Shown: one piece after another, positions 37,556 to 51,320 of the stretch
How the letters are laid out: each line of letters begins with the position of its first letter
How positions within the stretch are numbered: the stretch's first letter is position 1
Source: Octopus vulgaris
Taxonomy: Eukaryota
NCBI GenBank assembly: GCA_951406725.2
Contig: OX597816.1
Coordinates: 20,088,001-20,152,000 of the forward strand
Reading direction: 5' to 3'
Length of the DNA stretch: 64,000 nucleotides
Position numbers and translations under genes: made by a program
The notes under the pieces: model-generated
The model's database searches: none
The model's input: only the letters and a program-made list of their open reading frames with translations
What the model was told of the DNA's origin: nothing

Positions 37556-39207
37556 GTTTCTTTATTAGCCACACAGGGCTGCACACAGATAGAACAAATT
37601 ACAAGGTAGAGCTTTTCTTTTGGGGGTAAAAAAAAAGAGAGTGGTAGTTTTTGATCAAAAGGGATCGTAAAAGGAAAGAAAAAGGACAAAAAAAGGGGGG
37701 GGAGAAAAAAATGAATAATAGGGATCGTTATCACAGAAATGTCAATATGAAGTGTAAAGGGGAGGACAGGTGAGGTTTACCCGTGGAAAGAAAAGCCTAC
37801 GGAAAAGACCACGGTAACCTCGGTCATTGAAGTCACATGTTATATTTCTTTTTTTTTTTTTTTTGCAAATAAGCAACTCTCTGTATTAATTTTTATGGTT
37901 CATAGAATCATAGTCAAGGTGGCTTCGTCATTCATACGTGCCATCCTTGCTACATTCACCCATCTTTTTTAAAACATTCACTAGACAAAACTTGCCTCTC
38001 TACTATCACTTTCCTCTTCAAGTGATACTTGAAGAAGTTGATGAGAGATTGACCAGAGAGGAAAGTGTTTGTCTCTAATCCTTTCAGGCGCGTCCACCAG
38101 ATACATTCTTTCGCCATAGCCACAAGTATGATAAAAATAGCTCTTCCTTCCCGTTTGAAGGAAGGAGGCGTGACGATATTAACGATAGACTCGGCTGATA
38201 AACCGACACGTCCCACACATGACAGCAGTCGTTCGACATAAGCCCACAGGTCGGAAATTGCTGGACACTGCACGATTGCGTGCAGAGCGGTTTCGTCGCT
38301 CTGCCCGCATCTCGGGCAGGTCGGCCCCGTGTTTCTCGAGCCATGCCTATAGAGCTTATCCCGAACGGGTAGCGCTTCTCGGTAGCACCGCCAGGCCAGG
38401 GATCTCTGGAAGTTGTCCATAGGTCCCGGGCCGAAAGTCGTTTGAAACAGGCGGGTCAGGTATTCCTCGTCGACGCCCAGGTTTGCCCCGAGCTCGTCGT
38501 CGTACCTCCCCTCCACTAATCCCCTATAGAATGCTTTGGTTGTGTTGAAGTCACTCAAGGTCGACTCGGGACGGCAGAGTTGCTTGAGAGCAACGCGACA
38601 CTCGCGGTGCCATTCGCCCTTCCTCGGCCTCTTTTTGATCCACGACTGCAGTTCGGTCATGGAGACAAGTTGCGGGAATGCGTGCCTCACAAACGGCGAC
38701 CACACCTGTTCACCGTCGTCTACATAGAGCCAGAGATGTCGCAGTCTCAGTGCGTGTCTGCGCATCATCAACCACGGCATGCCCAGCCCTCCTTTTAACG
38801 GGTGTTGACAGCAAATGGATCGCCTGACCATCGGGACGGATCCTTTCCACAAGAAGCGGAAGAGAATGCGTTCTAGTTTGGTGATGGTAGGGTCGGGACA
38901 AGGTACGACGGTCAAGCGGTAGTAGATGATGGACGCGATGTACGCGTTCACCACCTCCGCCCGACCTTTTAGGGACAGTTTCCTCTCGGCCCATTGCTGG
39001 GCGAGAGTGACCACCCTACTCGTTATCTCGTTCCAGTTCTTCTCCATTTGGAGGTCCGGACCGAACCAGACCCCGAGCAACTCAACCGGGCCGTCTGTCC
39101 CAGCGTCCCACGACGGAGGTACTGGTGGACGGCATGGGCTTGCTTCTCCAGGTGCCGAGCCGCAAACCCACTGACTTTTCCCGGTTGATTTTTGCTCCTG
39201 TCACCGC
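37556..39207 (-). mobile_element. 5'-truncated Tx1-clade LINE
   Basis: End of ORF2 plus ~330-400 bp 3' region ending AGCCCTGTGTGGCTAATAAAGAAA; (TAGA)n on both sides. Confidence 0.9.
37956..39080 (-). pseudogene. Tx1/L1 ORF2 C-terminal part (RT thumb + zinc-binding domain)
   Basis: LGVWFG…W.ERKLSLKGRAEVVN…FLWKG…KGGLGMP…CPRCGQSDETALHAIVQC. Confidence 0.9.
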
Positions 39208-39213
39208 AGATAG

Positions 39214-39316
<103 letters not shown>

Positions 39317-40130
39317 CATATAATTCAGCTGCGTTTGCTATTGAATAATATTCTTAAGGCCGCAATTTTTCTCACAGGCACCATCTTTCAGACCTTGTCG
39401 ATAATTCTATTCTTAACCAAATTGGAAATTAAAATTTTTGAAGAGAACTGGTCCCTAGCTACATTTTGGCAAAAGAAATTGATATTCGATCTGGCAGAAA
39501 AAAATTTCCATCAAAATTTGTAACAACGTTATAGGAGAGTAAGTAACACCACCAATCAAGTTTAGATCTAAATAACTTTTTTTATTTTAAAAGCAATATA
39601 TACTTATCTTAGGTGCAATGATAGAAGAAAGCATGAAGAGGTTTACAGTGTTGTTCCCGTGCAACAAAAATGTGTATCAATAAAAATGTGAGGTAAAATA
39701 TCATGAGAAAAATATAAGGCAACACTTGGATTTAAGTAGAATCAACATTTTATTTTTATTTTAAGAATAAAATATATTTTAATTAAGCTTAAATGATAGA
39801 GCACAATTCGAGGAATTTCATGGTATCAATCTCATGTAACGAAGTCAATGAAGTTTTAAAAAGAAAAAGTTGATAGTTTCTTTCTCAAATTTGCGGATGA
39901 GTATATAGCTCTATACATTTTTATGAATATAATTCTCTAAGGGGAATTTTACTATATGTCACCTGCGCCATTGAGACAAGAAAGAAATTATTAACGACAC
40001 TGCTAATTAACACATTTGACACATGATTAATTAGTCTGTACTTTACCAGATGCAATAAGTTGTCCTGAACGTTTCCAGGTTTATAATGTGAAGAATATTA
40101 TTTCTCTTGCTCGCATATTTCCATCTAATT

Positions 40131-40163
<33 letters not shown>

Positions 40164-40862
40164 GCAATAATAATTCTCTAAACGAGATATAGACAGTAAC
40201 TGCTCCATAACAAAAGGGACATTAGCCATTTGAATGTGGCTAGGGACAGGGCAGGGCGGTGGGGGTGTTACTGTTGCATTTAGCCCCAGGCGAACATCAA
40301 CGTCACCAGAAAGGCTTGACACCATCACGGCGTCCTCTATCCCGCTTCTTCGGTGGATGATCTCCCTTTGCAGGATAGAGGACGCCGTGATGGTGTCAAG
40401 CCTTTCTGGTGACGTTGATGTTTGCCTGGGGCTAAATGCAACAGTAACACCCCCACCGCCCTGCCCTGTCCCTAGCCACATTCAAATGGCTAATGTCCCT
40501 TTTGTTATGGAGCAGTTACTGTCTATATCTCGTTTAGAGAATTATTATTGCTGTCGAACAGATTTTCGAAATCAGTAAATGTATTTACGTGAAAATCTTT
40601 ATATAAATATCCTGCACAGAGAGTCGTTCGTCGAAGGGCGGTGCCTACCATACGTTGACGAGAGGCAAACACCTCGAAACCTGGGTCCGTATGTGGCTTC
40701 GCTTCTTCGGTGGATGATCTCCCTTTGCAGGATAGAGGACGCCGTGATGGTGTCAAGCCTTTCTGGTGACGTTGATGTTCGCCTGGGGCTAAATGCAACA
40801 GTAACACCCCCACCGCCCTGCCCTGTCCCTAGCCACATTCAAATGGCTAATGTCCCTTTTGT

Positions 40863-40864
<2 letters not shown>
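40164..40864 (+). mobile_element. Retrozyme-like element: 357-nt unit + partial direct repeat + 5' inverted segment, within (TA)n
   Basis: 40343-40507 repeats at 40700-40864; 40164-40342 is the reverse complement of ~40372-40550; contains a hammerhead. Confidence 0.85.
40649..40693 (+). ncRNA. Type I hammerhead ribozyme (C3U core variant)
   Basis: CATACG-TTGACGA-GAGG caaaca CCTC-GAAA-CCTGGGTC/CGTATG; predicted cleavage after 40687. Confidence 0.88.
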
Positions 40865-40927
<63 letters not shown>

Positions 40928-41744
40928 GACGCGCTTCTGTCAGTTTCCGTCAAACAAATCAACTCACAATTCTTTGGTCGGATCAACACTATAGTAGAAT
41001 ACACTTACCCAAGGTGCTACGCCATGGGACTGAACCTGGAATATTATAGTTTGGAAGCAAATTTCTTTCCACACAAACACGCCTTCTTATACACTTTATT
41101 ATTGTGCTTTTTTAGTTATATTTATATTAATTTCATATTCATATATTTTTATTATATTGTTACTTTTGCCTTCCCCTACTTCCTGACATTATCTCATGCC
41201 CACCCCTTCTGTATTCCTCTTTTCACTCCACCTCGTTTTTCTTTCTTTATTTATTTACTGATTTATTTATTCGTTTATTTCCTCCTCTTTTTCTTCTTTA
41301 TCTTTACATTTATTCATGTTAGTATTGTCTTCAGACTTCAGCGGAACGAGTTGGGCCTCTATATTATGGTAACGCGTGCTGAAAGGTTGAGACTATTATA
41401 CCAGTCCAGAAACCAGTCCACGCGTGTCCATATACTTAAATGTACGCTGAGAGATTAACTTAGCCCGTTTGCATTCAGACGGTTAATTTCTGTAATTATT
41501 ATAAGTGTATTTTGGTGATTTAAACAAGAGTTTTGACTGTTATTTCCGGCAGACTGATATACTTAGTATATCCTTTGATTAATTGTAATCCCTCAGTTAT
41601 TTAGATATTTTATGCTTTTATGGGCCTGCAATCGCCTCTATTATTGATTCTGTTATTATCATTTTTAAATTGTTATACTAGATAATAATAGAGTCAATAA
41701 TATCTCTGCAAATTATCTTCTCGTGAATTATTTGCTCCGTATTG

Positions 41745-41787
<43 letters not shown>

Positions 41788-41946
41788 TATATGTTATATA
41801 TATATGCTGTATATATCAGGAAAGGTCCCAGGAATTTCTCGAAGGGAAGGCACATTGTCAGAAGGGAGTACGAATAATATTATTTAGAAGGGTGTACTTC
41901 TTTACCTGAGGTGTGGCACGTGCCTCTCAGGACCGCTTGGGTCCGC

Positions 41947-42054
<108 letters not shown>

Positions 42055-42889
42055 GTATGTTTGACTCTGAATGTAAGAATGGACAGTGAGTAGGTATAAC
42101 GTGTAGCCTTTGAAATGAAACTTCTGGTTTATAATCGCAACTTAACTCATAATATAACCATAAAACTCACTTGGCTTTGTGTTTCATGTATTCTTTTATC
42201 GAAGTTATATAAAACTACTATCAGCAAATGACGGCAACTGTGAGATAAAACAGTACATTAGGTATGGATAGATGCAACACTGTATGAGTACATCCACACA
42301 TTATATATTCTTAATATTTTCGGATCAAATCGTGATATTATTAATTCTTTCATGCCCCTGAGAATTCATCATATCATTTACTATTCTACGATGCAATTTT
42401 GTCTGTTTCCTTATGACAAAATGCAACGGTCTTTTTATATAAGCTTTGGCTTAGTATAATGTTTTATGTTTGATTTATACTTTGAGAAATTCTTTTCATC
42501 TATTGGTTTTATCCTTCATTATTCATAAGCAGTTTATCTCTTTGACATTTCTGTTAGTATACTGAAAAAAGATGATCTAATACATTATAGTTCTCTTTGC
42601 AATCAGCTGCCTGTTGATACGCATTCACGCACACTCAGATATGTGCAGAAACAGTAAAAGAGTTGTAAAATACTGTGTTAGGTTAGTGGAAAACATTAGC
42701 CTTTGTGACTGAAAATATTTTCCTCCCGCTTACCAGAAGCTTAAGGCAGCGCATAATTGTCTTTCTTTAAAAGCACATATATTCATAAATGATGTATGCA
42801 CACGTATATATGCATATGTGTATGTGAATATAGATATATATGTATGTGTATATACATATATATGCATATTACACACACCAATATAATAC

Positions 42890-42920
<31 letters not shown>

Positions 42921-42940
42921 TAAATAAATATAATAAATAT

Positions 42941-43017
<77 letters not shown>

Positions 43018-43278
43018 CAAAGTAAGCAACAAGGGTATCCAAGGTAGAGTAGTACAATTGCTTGATTCTACTTAATTTTATGAAACACTGCAAGCATTAC
43101 ATCAGTTTTAAAATGTCGAGCAATCTTCAGCCACATATAGCATTTTTCAATTAAACAGACAATGCACATTCTTATCCCTATTTCATTTGCCAACATTATA
43201 AAGAGGGTAGATATATAGACAGAGAGGTTAATTTCATTCTTAAGAACATGATAGTAGTATGTTCATCCTCCGTCTGTA

Positions 43279-43324
<46 letters not shown>

Positions 43325-44302
43325 GTAAAAAATGAAGTTCGAAAATGCTGCTGTATTATACAATTTTTAATTTTTATATATATACATTATAACATGTTTC
43401 AGTTCCTGAAATGAACTTTATCAAAAAAAGTTATATATAAAAAAAGACAGCTCATGCCGTCAAACACAAGAAATTCACTTATAATACACAACGGAGTCAG
43501 ACATCTTAGAGTTCATGTATAGTTGATATACAGTTTGAAGTATATGTTCAAAGTGTTCGATGCAGTGGCCCACGGTGGCGATACGTATTCAATACAAAAA
43601 ACAGATCAAAGTGGTGGAAAGCGGTTAATACAGAAGATTGATGTTTCCGAAAGAGCGAGGAATTCATTTTTACCTTATATGTATATATATATATATATAC
43701 ATATACCGAAAGACAGAGAATGAGGCAGCAGTTTCCGTCCCAGCGATATGGTTCCGCGTTCATTTTCGGCAAGTGTTTTTTTCTACATCCCCCGGACCGG
43801 CGAAAGTATTCATATATCGCTGTGAGTGTGTATCTTTGCGTTTGTTATCGTACCCCATCAATACTCGACGACCAGTGCCGGGTTGTTTACGTTCCCGTTA
43901 CCTACCGTTCCAACAAAAAGGATCTGATACAATAAGCACTAGACTTTAAAATATATACTAGGGTCGATTTGTTCGCCTAAATCCATTATAACTCTATCCC
44001 CAGCTTTGGTCCAAAACAATGAGATAATTAAGTAGTGAATATGACAAAAGATACATATAAGACTTGCGTTCGGGTCACAAACGGAGATGAACCCATCTCA
44101 TTATCAACGAGGGAAAGTACCCAGACCGAGCGTAGAGACTACTGATTTGAGGAATCGTGTCAAACTTATCAGCTGCCTCCCGTTGATGCAATGACGCTGG
44201 GAGTTGTTGGTAGGTATCTTCGTCATAGTAAAGCTAAATGCAAGTGGCAGTTTAGTGTTAACAAAATGGGGATTATTCTGAAGGAATTTCTTTCTTTCTT
44301 TT

Positions 44303-44719
44303 ATAGGCGCAGGAGTAGCTGTGTGGTAAGTAGCTTGCTTACCAACCACATGGTTCCGGGTTCAGTCCCACTGCGTGGCATCTTGGGCAAGTGTCTTCTG
44401 CTATAGCCCCGGGCCGACCAATGCCTTTTGAGTGGATTTGGTAGACGGAAACTGAAAGAAGCCTGTCGTATATATGTATATATGTGTATGTATGTGTATG
44501 TGTATATGTTTGTGTGTCTGTGTTTGTCCCCCTAGCATTGCTTGACAACCGATGCTGGTGTGTTTACGTCGCCGTCACTTAGCGGTTCGGCAAAAGAGAC
44601 CGATAGGATAAGTACTAGGCTTACAAAGAATAAGTCCCTGGGTCGATTTGCTTTACTAAAGGCGGTGCTCCAGCATGGCCGCAGTCAAATGACTGAAACA
44701 AGTAAAAGAGTAAAAGAGT
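44303..44719 (+). mobile_element. SINE A
   Basis: Full-length copy. Confidence 0.9.
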
Positions 44720-45398
44720 CTGATATTTTCTTGTTAAATAGTACGAGCTCAGTGGTACGTATTTGATTTGGTAAAGAATCAAGTTACACACCATCTTCAA
44801 CGTTAACTAATTTGTAGCAGTTATTACATATTCGACCAGCCAAGTACTCGCTTCCAAAATTTGTGTTCGTACAGTAAAATATTGGTTTCGTATTTTGGTA
44901 CAAAACAACTTCAAGGGACTATTCACAATTTACAACCGCAAGTCAAGTATATTTGTCACTATGTGAACGATGGTGCTAATGAGACGGTGCTAGTGAACTT
45001 TGCAAGAAAGAAGAGTTAAAACAACTCTTGGCCACGTAAGAGCATATGTTAACGACCGATTAGGCATCTTAATAATTCATAATTCCAACGTCACCATTTT
45101 CGAAATCAGTCAATGTTTCCTATGATGTTCTCTCTAAGGCTGACATGGTGAGTTAAGTTCTTCAGCCCTCGGTGACTGAGTACTGGGTCCCAAATAATGA
45201 TTAATCAAATCTAAAATCAATGCTGATAAGTCTCCATCTAGCTTGCCGTAGGAAGGTAGCTTGTTTCCCTTGTCAGTCGTTCGAATATTGCTCTCACGTG
45301 GCTATGGGTTGCTTTGACGTTTATTTATAGCAATTTTGGTGCTCAGTATCACCCTCCATTACTTTACTGACGACTATACTTGTTATATACATACATAC

Positions 45399-45444
<46 letters not shown>

Positions 45445-46160
45445 GTGTGTGTACGTAGGTACATATATGTGTGTGTGGGTGGTGGTCGTGGTGTTGGCGG
45501 CAAGAGGCAATTAGGGAAAAAATTTATATTCTTTTGAAGCGCTGATTTTTGTCTTCAGCGATTTTCATGAGGTTGCCTTGACTACCAACCAAATTCTCAG
45601 ATATTCTAAGTTACGTTGAAACTCCGCTCGGTGAAGTTCTTTTCAAACGCACCTGCTCTCGCAACTCTTATTTCATCTCCCTCATCTGCATCCACCATCT
45701 TCCAATTTATCTCACTGCCTGACACTTTTATCTGGTTCTAATAATCATCGACTAATTCACTTAATCCATCCTAGTTTTCTGTGGAGATATCAACATTTAT
45801 TTTCCAAACATTGTCGTAGGATTAAAAGTTATTTGTACTTTAGTAACATCTGTGTCGGTATGTGAAAGTAACTTTTAGAAGAACTTTACCTAAGAAATGT
45901 CTAATAATAGTTGTAATATTATATAGCTTCAAACTAAATACATCTTCATTCGGAATCATGTTTAATATTGATATTAATTTTTTCATACGTGTATTCTGAC
46001 AATTATATTAAGCTAATAGGAGTGTATATCTTATTTTGTTTAAAACATATCCAGTACATTTGCTACATTTTGTAGACGTTTGAGTGGCTTCGTGTAACTA
46101 CACCTTAGCTCATTTTGTCGATTCTGGTTCATTAATATCATGCAATATATTTGTAGCTTA

Positions 46161-47025
46161 TAGCGACGTGTTGGCAGAATCGTTAGCACGCTGGGCGAAA
46201 TGCTTAGTGGTATTTCCTCTGCCGTTACGTTCTGAGTTCGAATTCCACCGAGGTCGACTTTGCCTTTCATCCTTTCAGAGTCGATTAAATAAGCACCAGT
46301 TACGCACTGCGGTCCATGTAATCGACTTAATACCTATGGCTGTCCTTGTTTGTCCTCTCTGTCTTTAGTCCATTGTGGGTAGTAAAGAAATAGGTATTTC
46401 GTTTGCCGCTACGTTGTGAGTTAAAATTTCGCCGAGGTCAACTTTGACTTTCATCCTTTCGGGGTCGATTAAATTAGTACTAGTTACGCACTGGGGTCGA
46501 TATAATCTACTTAATCCGTTTGTATGTCCTTGTTTGTCCTCTCTGTCTTTAGCACCTTGTGGGTAGTAAAGAAATAGGCGTTTCGTCTGCCGCTACGTTC
46601 TACGTTCAAATTTCGCCGAGGTCGACTTTGCCTTTCATTCTTTCGGGGTCGATTAAATTAGTACCAATTACGCACTGGGGTCGATATAATCGACTTAATC
46701 CTTTTGTCTGTCCTTGTTTGTCCTCTCTGTGTTTAGCCCCTTGTGGGTAGTAAAGAAACAGCTATTTCGACTTTCATTACGTTTAGAGAGGCGGCGAGCT
46801 GGCAGAAACGTTTGCGCGCCGGGCGAAATGCTTAGCGGTATTTCGTCTGCTGCTACGTTCTGGGTTCAAATTTCGCCGGGATCGACTTTGCCTGTCATCC
46901 TTTCGGAGTCGATAAATAAAGTACTAGTTGCGCACTAGGGTCGATGTAATCGATTTAATCTTTTTGTCTGTCCTTGTTTGCCCCCTCTATGTTTAGCTCC
47001 TAGTGGGTAGTAAAGAAATAGGTAT
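46161..47025 (+). mobile_element. Tandem array of four SINE B units
   Basis: Tail TTGTGGGTAGTAAAGAAA or a close variant recurs at ~46375, ~46557, ~46741, ~47001. Confidence 0.9.
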
Positions 47026-47965
47026 TTGTAGATTATGACATTGTGTTCGCTCTGTTATTTTGAAATGTATTTTATTTTGACTACTATATTTATATGCTAT
47101 GCGCGTGATAAATATTCAAGCGGCGAAATGTCCAAAGTATTCTTTAAATCTACATCTCGTATATAGAAGCAGTATTAAAACCCAAAGGCATTTTTTGTAT
47201 CCTACTCAATGAGGATATCGTGTTATAATACTGAATATTGCAGTATTCGCCTTGAGGATTCCTCTCCTATAGATGATTGGTGCATAAAATCAAGCATATT
47301 TTTATTATTGACAGACGGCACCCATAAACTTACTGACTATTTGCGATATTAGTTCCTGAAAAATTATAGTAATTCTATATACCTTTGGCAGCACTGTATT
47401 TTAGCTGGTTAGTAGTGAGAGGGAAGCTCTCGCTGAAGAGACACAATACGTGGAAATCACTTTGTCTAGCAGTTTGGGCACCCAATGCGCCCAACGCAGA
47501 CGATTTTCCTCTAGCAACGATCTAAATATACGTGCTTTTGTGCACCATGCGTCCATATGAAAGAAACTCTCAAGGCTAATACAGCGATATTTGGATTTCG
47601 GAATAAAGCATCCACGTTAAGTTAGATATAAAGACTACCATTTTTTTCAAAGTATTTTCAACAGAGAGATATTTGCTACGATAGAAAACATTGGGCTGCA
47701 AATGAAATTGTATACCTTAAATGTTGTTGAATGTATATGACCCTTCTACTACTGTTCTATTGGATGTTAACGAAGAGAGCAACTCGGCTTGTCATTATAG
47801 GCACTAGGTGTCTCATCGAGAGCGGCTCATTTTATGTCACAAGTCTGTTGGCACTGAGTATTTCCCCAGCACAGTATTTTTACGTGTATGTACATCTAGT
47901 TCCATTCATATAAAAGTGTGCACATATATATGAGTACACAAATATATACATATATATATGCACCC

Positions 47966-48031
<66 letters not shown>

Positions 48032-48053
48032 GCATGTATGTATACATGTATGT

Positions 48054-48348
48054 GTGGAGGCACATAGCCTAGTGTTTAGAGCAGCGGAATTGTGGTCGAG
48101 GGATCTCGGGTTCGAATCTCAGCCCGGGCGATGTGTTTATGAACGAAACACCTAAGATCCACGCAGCACCGGCAGAAGGTAATAGCGAACTTCTGCTGAC
48201 TCACCACAAATTTCTCTCACTCTTTCCTCCTGCATCTAGCAGCTCACCTGCGATGGCCCGGCGTCCCGTCCAGGTGCAGAACCTATACGCCAAGGAAACT
48301 GGGAAACTGGCACTTATGAGCCAGGCGTGGCTGGAGACGGAACAAACA
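48054..48348 (+). mobile_element. SINE C-related, V-domain-like tail
   Basis: C-type head; CCTGCGATGGCCCGGCGTCCCGTCCAGG motif. Confidence 0.75.
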
Positions 48349-49079
48349 TACATGTGTAAATGTAAGGATGTATGTATATATACACATATACACATGTATG
48401 TTTTACTTAGATGGGACCAAAACAGAAGTAATCCTTCAACTGTTGCCCTGAAACAAAATTTTAGCAATCTCTGAAACGAACGCAGCAAGCTAGTACAAAC
48501 AGATTACGACCGTAAGCAGGGCCTCGTCCGTGAAAGAGTGGATTGCGATGTTAAATTAGATTCTGCATACAATTTGACAGAGGACTGCAATAAAAATTAG
48601 CCAGAGGTGAGATTATAAATGATAATTACAATATTTTATTACATTTCTCCATAGAGGCTGACCAAACGATTGAAACAAAGGGACCAGCTATGATTGTAGA
48701 GAACAAACAAATCTGTGCAACGTCATCTATTTAATTTTAACGCGTAATGATTTATATTTTTTAAATCCACTCCTTTTTGCACCGATCCGTGTGTTTCAAT
48801 ATTGTGTAGTTGTATTCGTCAATGCTTCAAGAAATCCAGTGAAGTCTTTATTTTGCTAAGTGTCATGAGACCAAAATACTTTTTAAATTATATCACATCC
48901 ATCTAGAAACTATTGAAAGTAGCGTGAGGCATTTAGCCAATATTGTATATTTCTTATCGCTCAAGGATTTGTAATTATACTGCAATGAATGTCTTAACAC
49001 CAGCTTAATTAATATTTTCTTTTTTAATGCGGATGGCGTGTCTGATTATTTAATCTCAATAATTCATTTTTAATACTAT

Positions 49080-49146
49080 TTACACATACATTCATACATA
49101 CACATACATTTATATATGTGTGTGTTGTCGTGTTATGTATATGTAT

Positions 49147-49203
<57 letters not shown>

Positions 49204-49397
49204 TATTTACACTCATACACAGGCTTATATATACATATATATATATATATGTGTGTATATATATATGTATATATATATATATATATATGTGTGTATATAT
49301 ATATGTATATATATATATATACATACATATTTATATATATATATACATATATCTATATACATATATCTATATACATATATGTATATATAGATATACA

Positions 49398-49440
<43 letters not shown>
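49080..49440. repeat. Degenerate (TA)n microsatellite
   Basis: Direct inspection. Confidence 0.95.
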
Positions 49441-49441
<1 letters not shown>

Positions 49442-49967
49442 ATCACACAAGTGCACAATATAGGAAAACAAACTCCATAATACGCTTTGAGATATTTATA
49501 AGTAAGCATAGATAAGCCAAGCATTACGAATACATTCTTATTGATTTGCATTCTACTCCATAAATCATTGCCAATTTTAATTCTATCTTTAAATCCTGAT
49601 CAGATTTTGTTGGAATTTCTCTTGTTTACGAAACACAAGTGAGGCATTCAAGGTCAATGGAAATTATTATTGTCTTGAAAACAAATATTTTGTTTTGGTT
49701 GTTTTGTTTTTGTTTCCATCTCTATCCATTATTATACTCCAGCCTCGCCTATTGTTCAGTGAAAAATAGCATGTACATTGTGTTGCTTAAAACCGTAATC
49801 ACTCTCTCAGTAAACCAGCGAACGCAACTGAGGCTTTGTATATTACTGGTACTTCAAATCTTATCACCTATATTCATTTAAGTTGTAACAGTAGATAACG
49901 TTGTTGTTATTCGAACCTGCGACCAACATGTTTCTGGCAGGGACAAATTTCGTGATTTATTCTGGTA

Positions 49968-50390
49968 TTCTTTTACTCTTTTACTTGTTTCAGTCATTTG
50001 ACTGCGGTCAAACTGGAGCACCGCCTTTAGTCGAGCAAATCCACCCCAGAGCTTATTCTCTGGAAGCCTATTACTCGTTCTATCGTTCACTTTTGCCGAA
50101 TTGCAAAGTTATGGGGACGTAAACACACCAGCATCGGTTGTCAAGCGATGTTGGGGGAGAGAAACACAGACACACAAAAATACATACGCACACACACACA
50201 CACACACATACATATATATATATTTATATATACGACGGGTTTCTTTCAGTTTCCGTCTACTAAATCCACTCAAAAGGCTTTGGTCACCCTGAGACTATAG
50301 TAGAAGACACTTTCCCAAGTTGCCACGCAGTGGGAATGAACTCGGAACCATATAGTTGGTAAGCAAGCTACTTACCACACAGTCACTTCG
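49968..50390 (-). mobile_element. SINE A
   Basis: Diverged full copy. Confidence 0.85.
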
Positions 50391-51097
50391 ATGTTCCAAA
50401 CCATCCATTATGACTTTACTTTTTCTATGACAATGAGAAATGATTTGACGGAATTTGAAGTTATTAAATCTAAAACAATAGCCAATGGAAATAATTTCAA
50501 ATAGAATCAATTTATAGAAGATTTTAGACAATATGCACAAACAAAACTGAGGTGAATCTGGTCTTTAAAGCCAACAAGAGTAATAAGTAAATATAATTCT
50601 GTCTTACATGTCAACTTCAGCAGAGCATTTTTTATCAGTTTGATAATCGCAGTTGCCTAAATATTCGGGCATTCTTCCAGTGAAATTGTTTTCGCCAGAC
50701 ACTCTAATTTCTATTATCTATATTATGCCAGACTAGATACTCACAATTCATGCTGGAATAATTTATCGTGATATTTGTTTTCAAATCTAAACAACTGTAC
50801 CGTGAATTTAAATTCCAAGTTTAAGTTTCTCAAATATTGAAAATTTCAAGTTGATCAAATATTTTCAAGCAATAATATTACATATGTGAGTTCTGACACT
50901 AATTACACAGATGTATTTAAAGTATCATTTAATGAGCATAAGTCTAACGTTTAATTAGTGTGCTTGTGGAACTTATGAATATACTTGTTGACTGCCCATG
51001 ATGGTTGTGGTTGGCAGTGATTCTTAGAGAAATGTTATTAGTGGCTGTTAGTGGAATGAAATAGTGAGATTGGTATAGAGCTAAAATAAATACATAA

Positions 51098-51320
51098 ATG
51101 CGCTCTTTTAAAGCCTAGCCAGGCTCATGGGCCCGGTTTCCCTGGACGGGACGCCAGTCCATTGTAGCGTTACTCATTTTTTCCCAGCTGAGTGAACTGG
51201 AGTGAATGTCAAATGAATTGTTTTGCTCAAGAACACAATGCGTCGCCTGGTCCAGGAATCGAAGCCAAAATCTTACGATCATGATGCTGACACCCTAACC
51301 ACTAAACCATGCGCCTCCAC
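51098..51320 (-). mobile_element. tRNA-derived SINE with CORE-like and V-like segments
   Basis: Head GTGGAGGCGCATGGTTTAGTGGTTAGG; GTGTTCTTGAGCAA; ATGGACTGGCGTCCCGTCCAGG; tail shared with 60093 copy. Confidence 0.75.

Noticed and set aside
40125-41049. Four near-identical ORFs on both strands
   Set aside because: Produced by the direct and inverted repeats of the ribozyme element; no protein motif and not conserved in the 27-kb relative
46161-47025. CRISPR-like regular repeats
   Set aside because: Units are ~180-240-bp SINE copies without unique spacers; no cas genes; eukaryotic context
49110-49551. Multiple YIYIYI ORFs, also at many other TA tracts
   Set aside because: (TA)n has no stop codons; not coding
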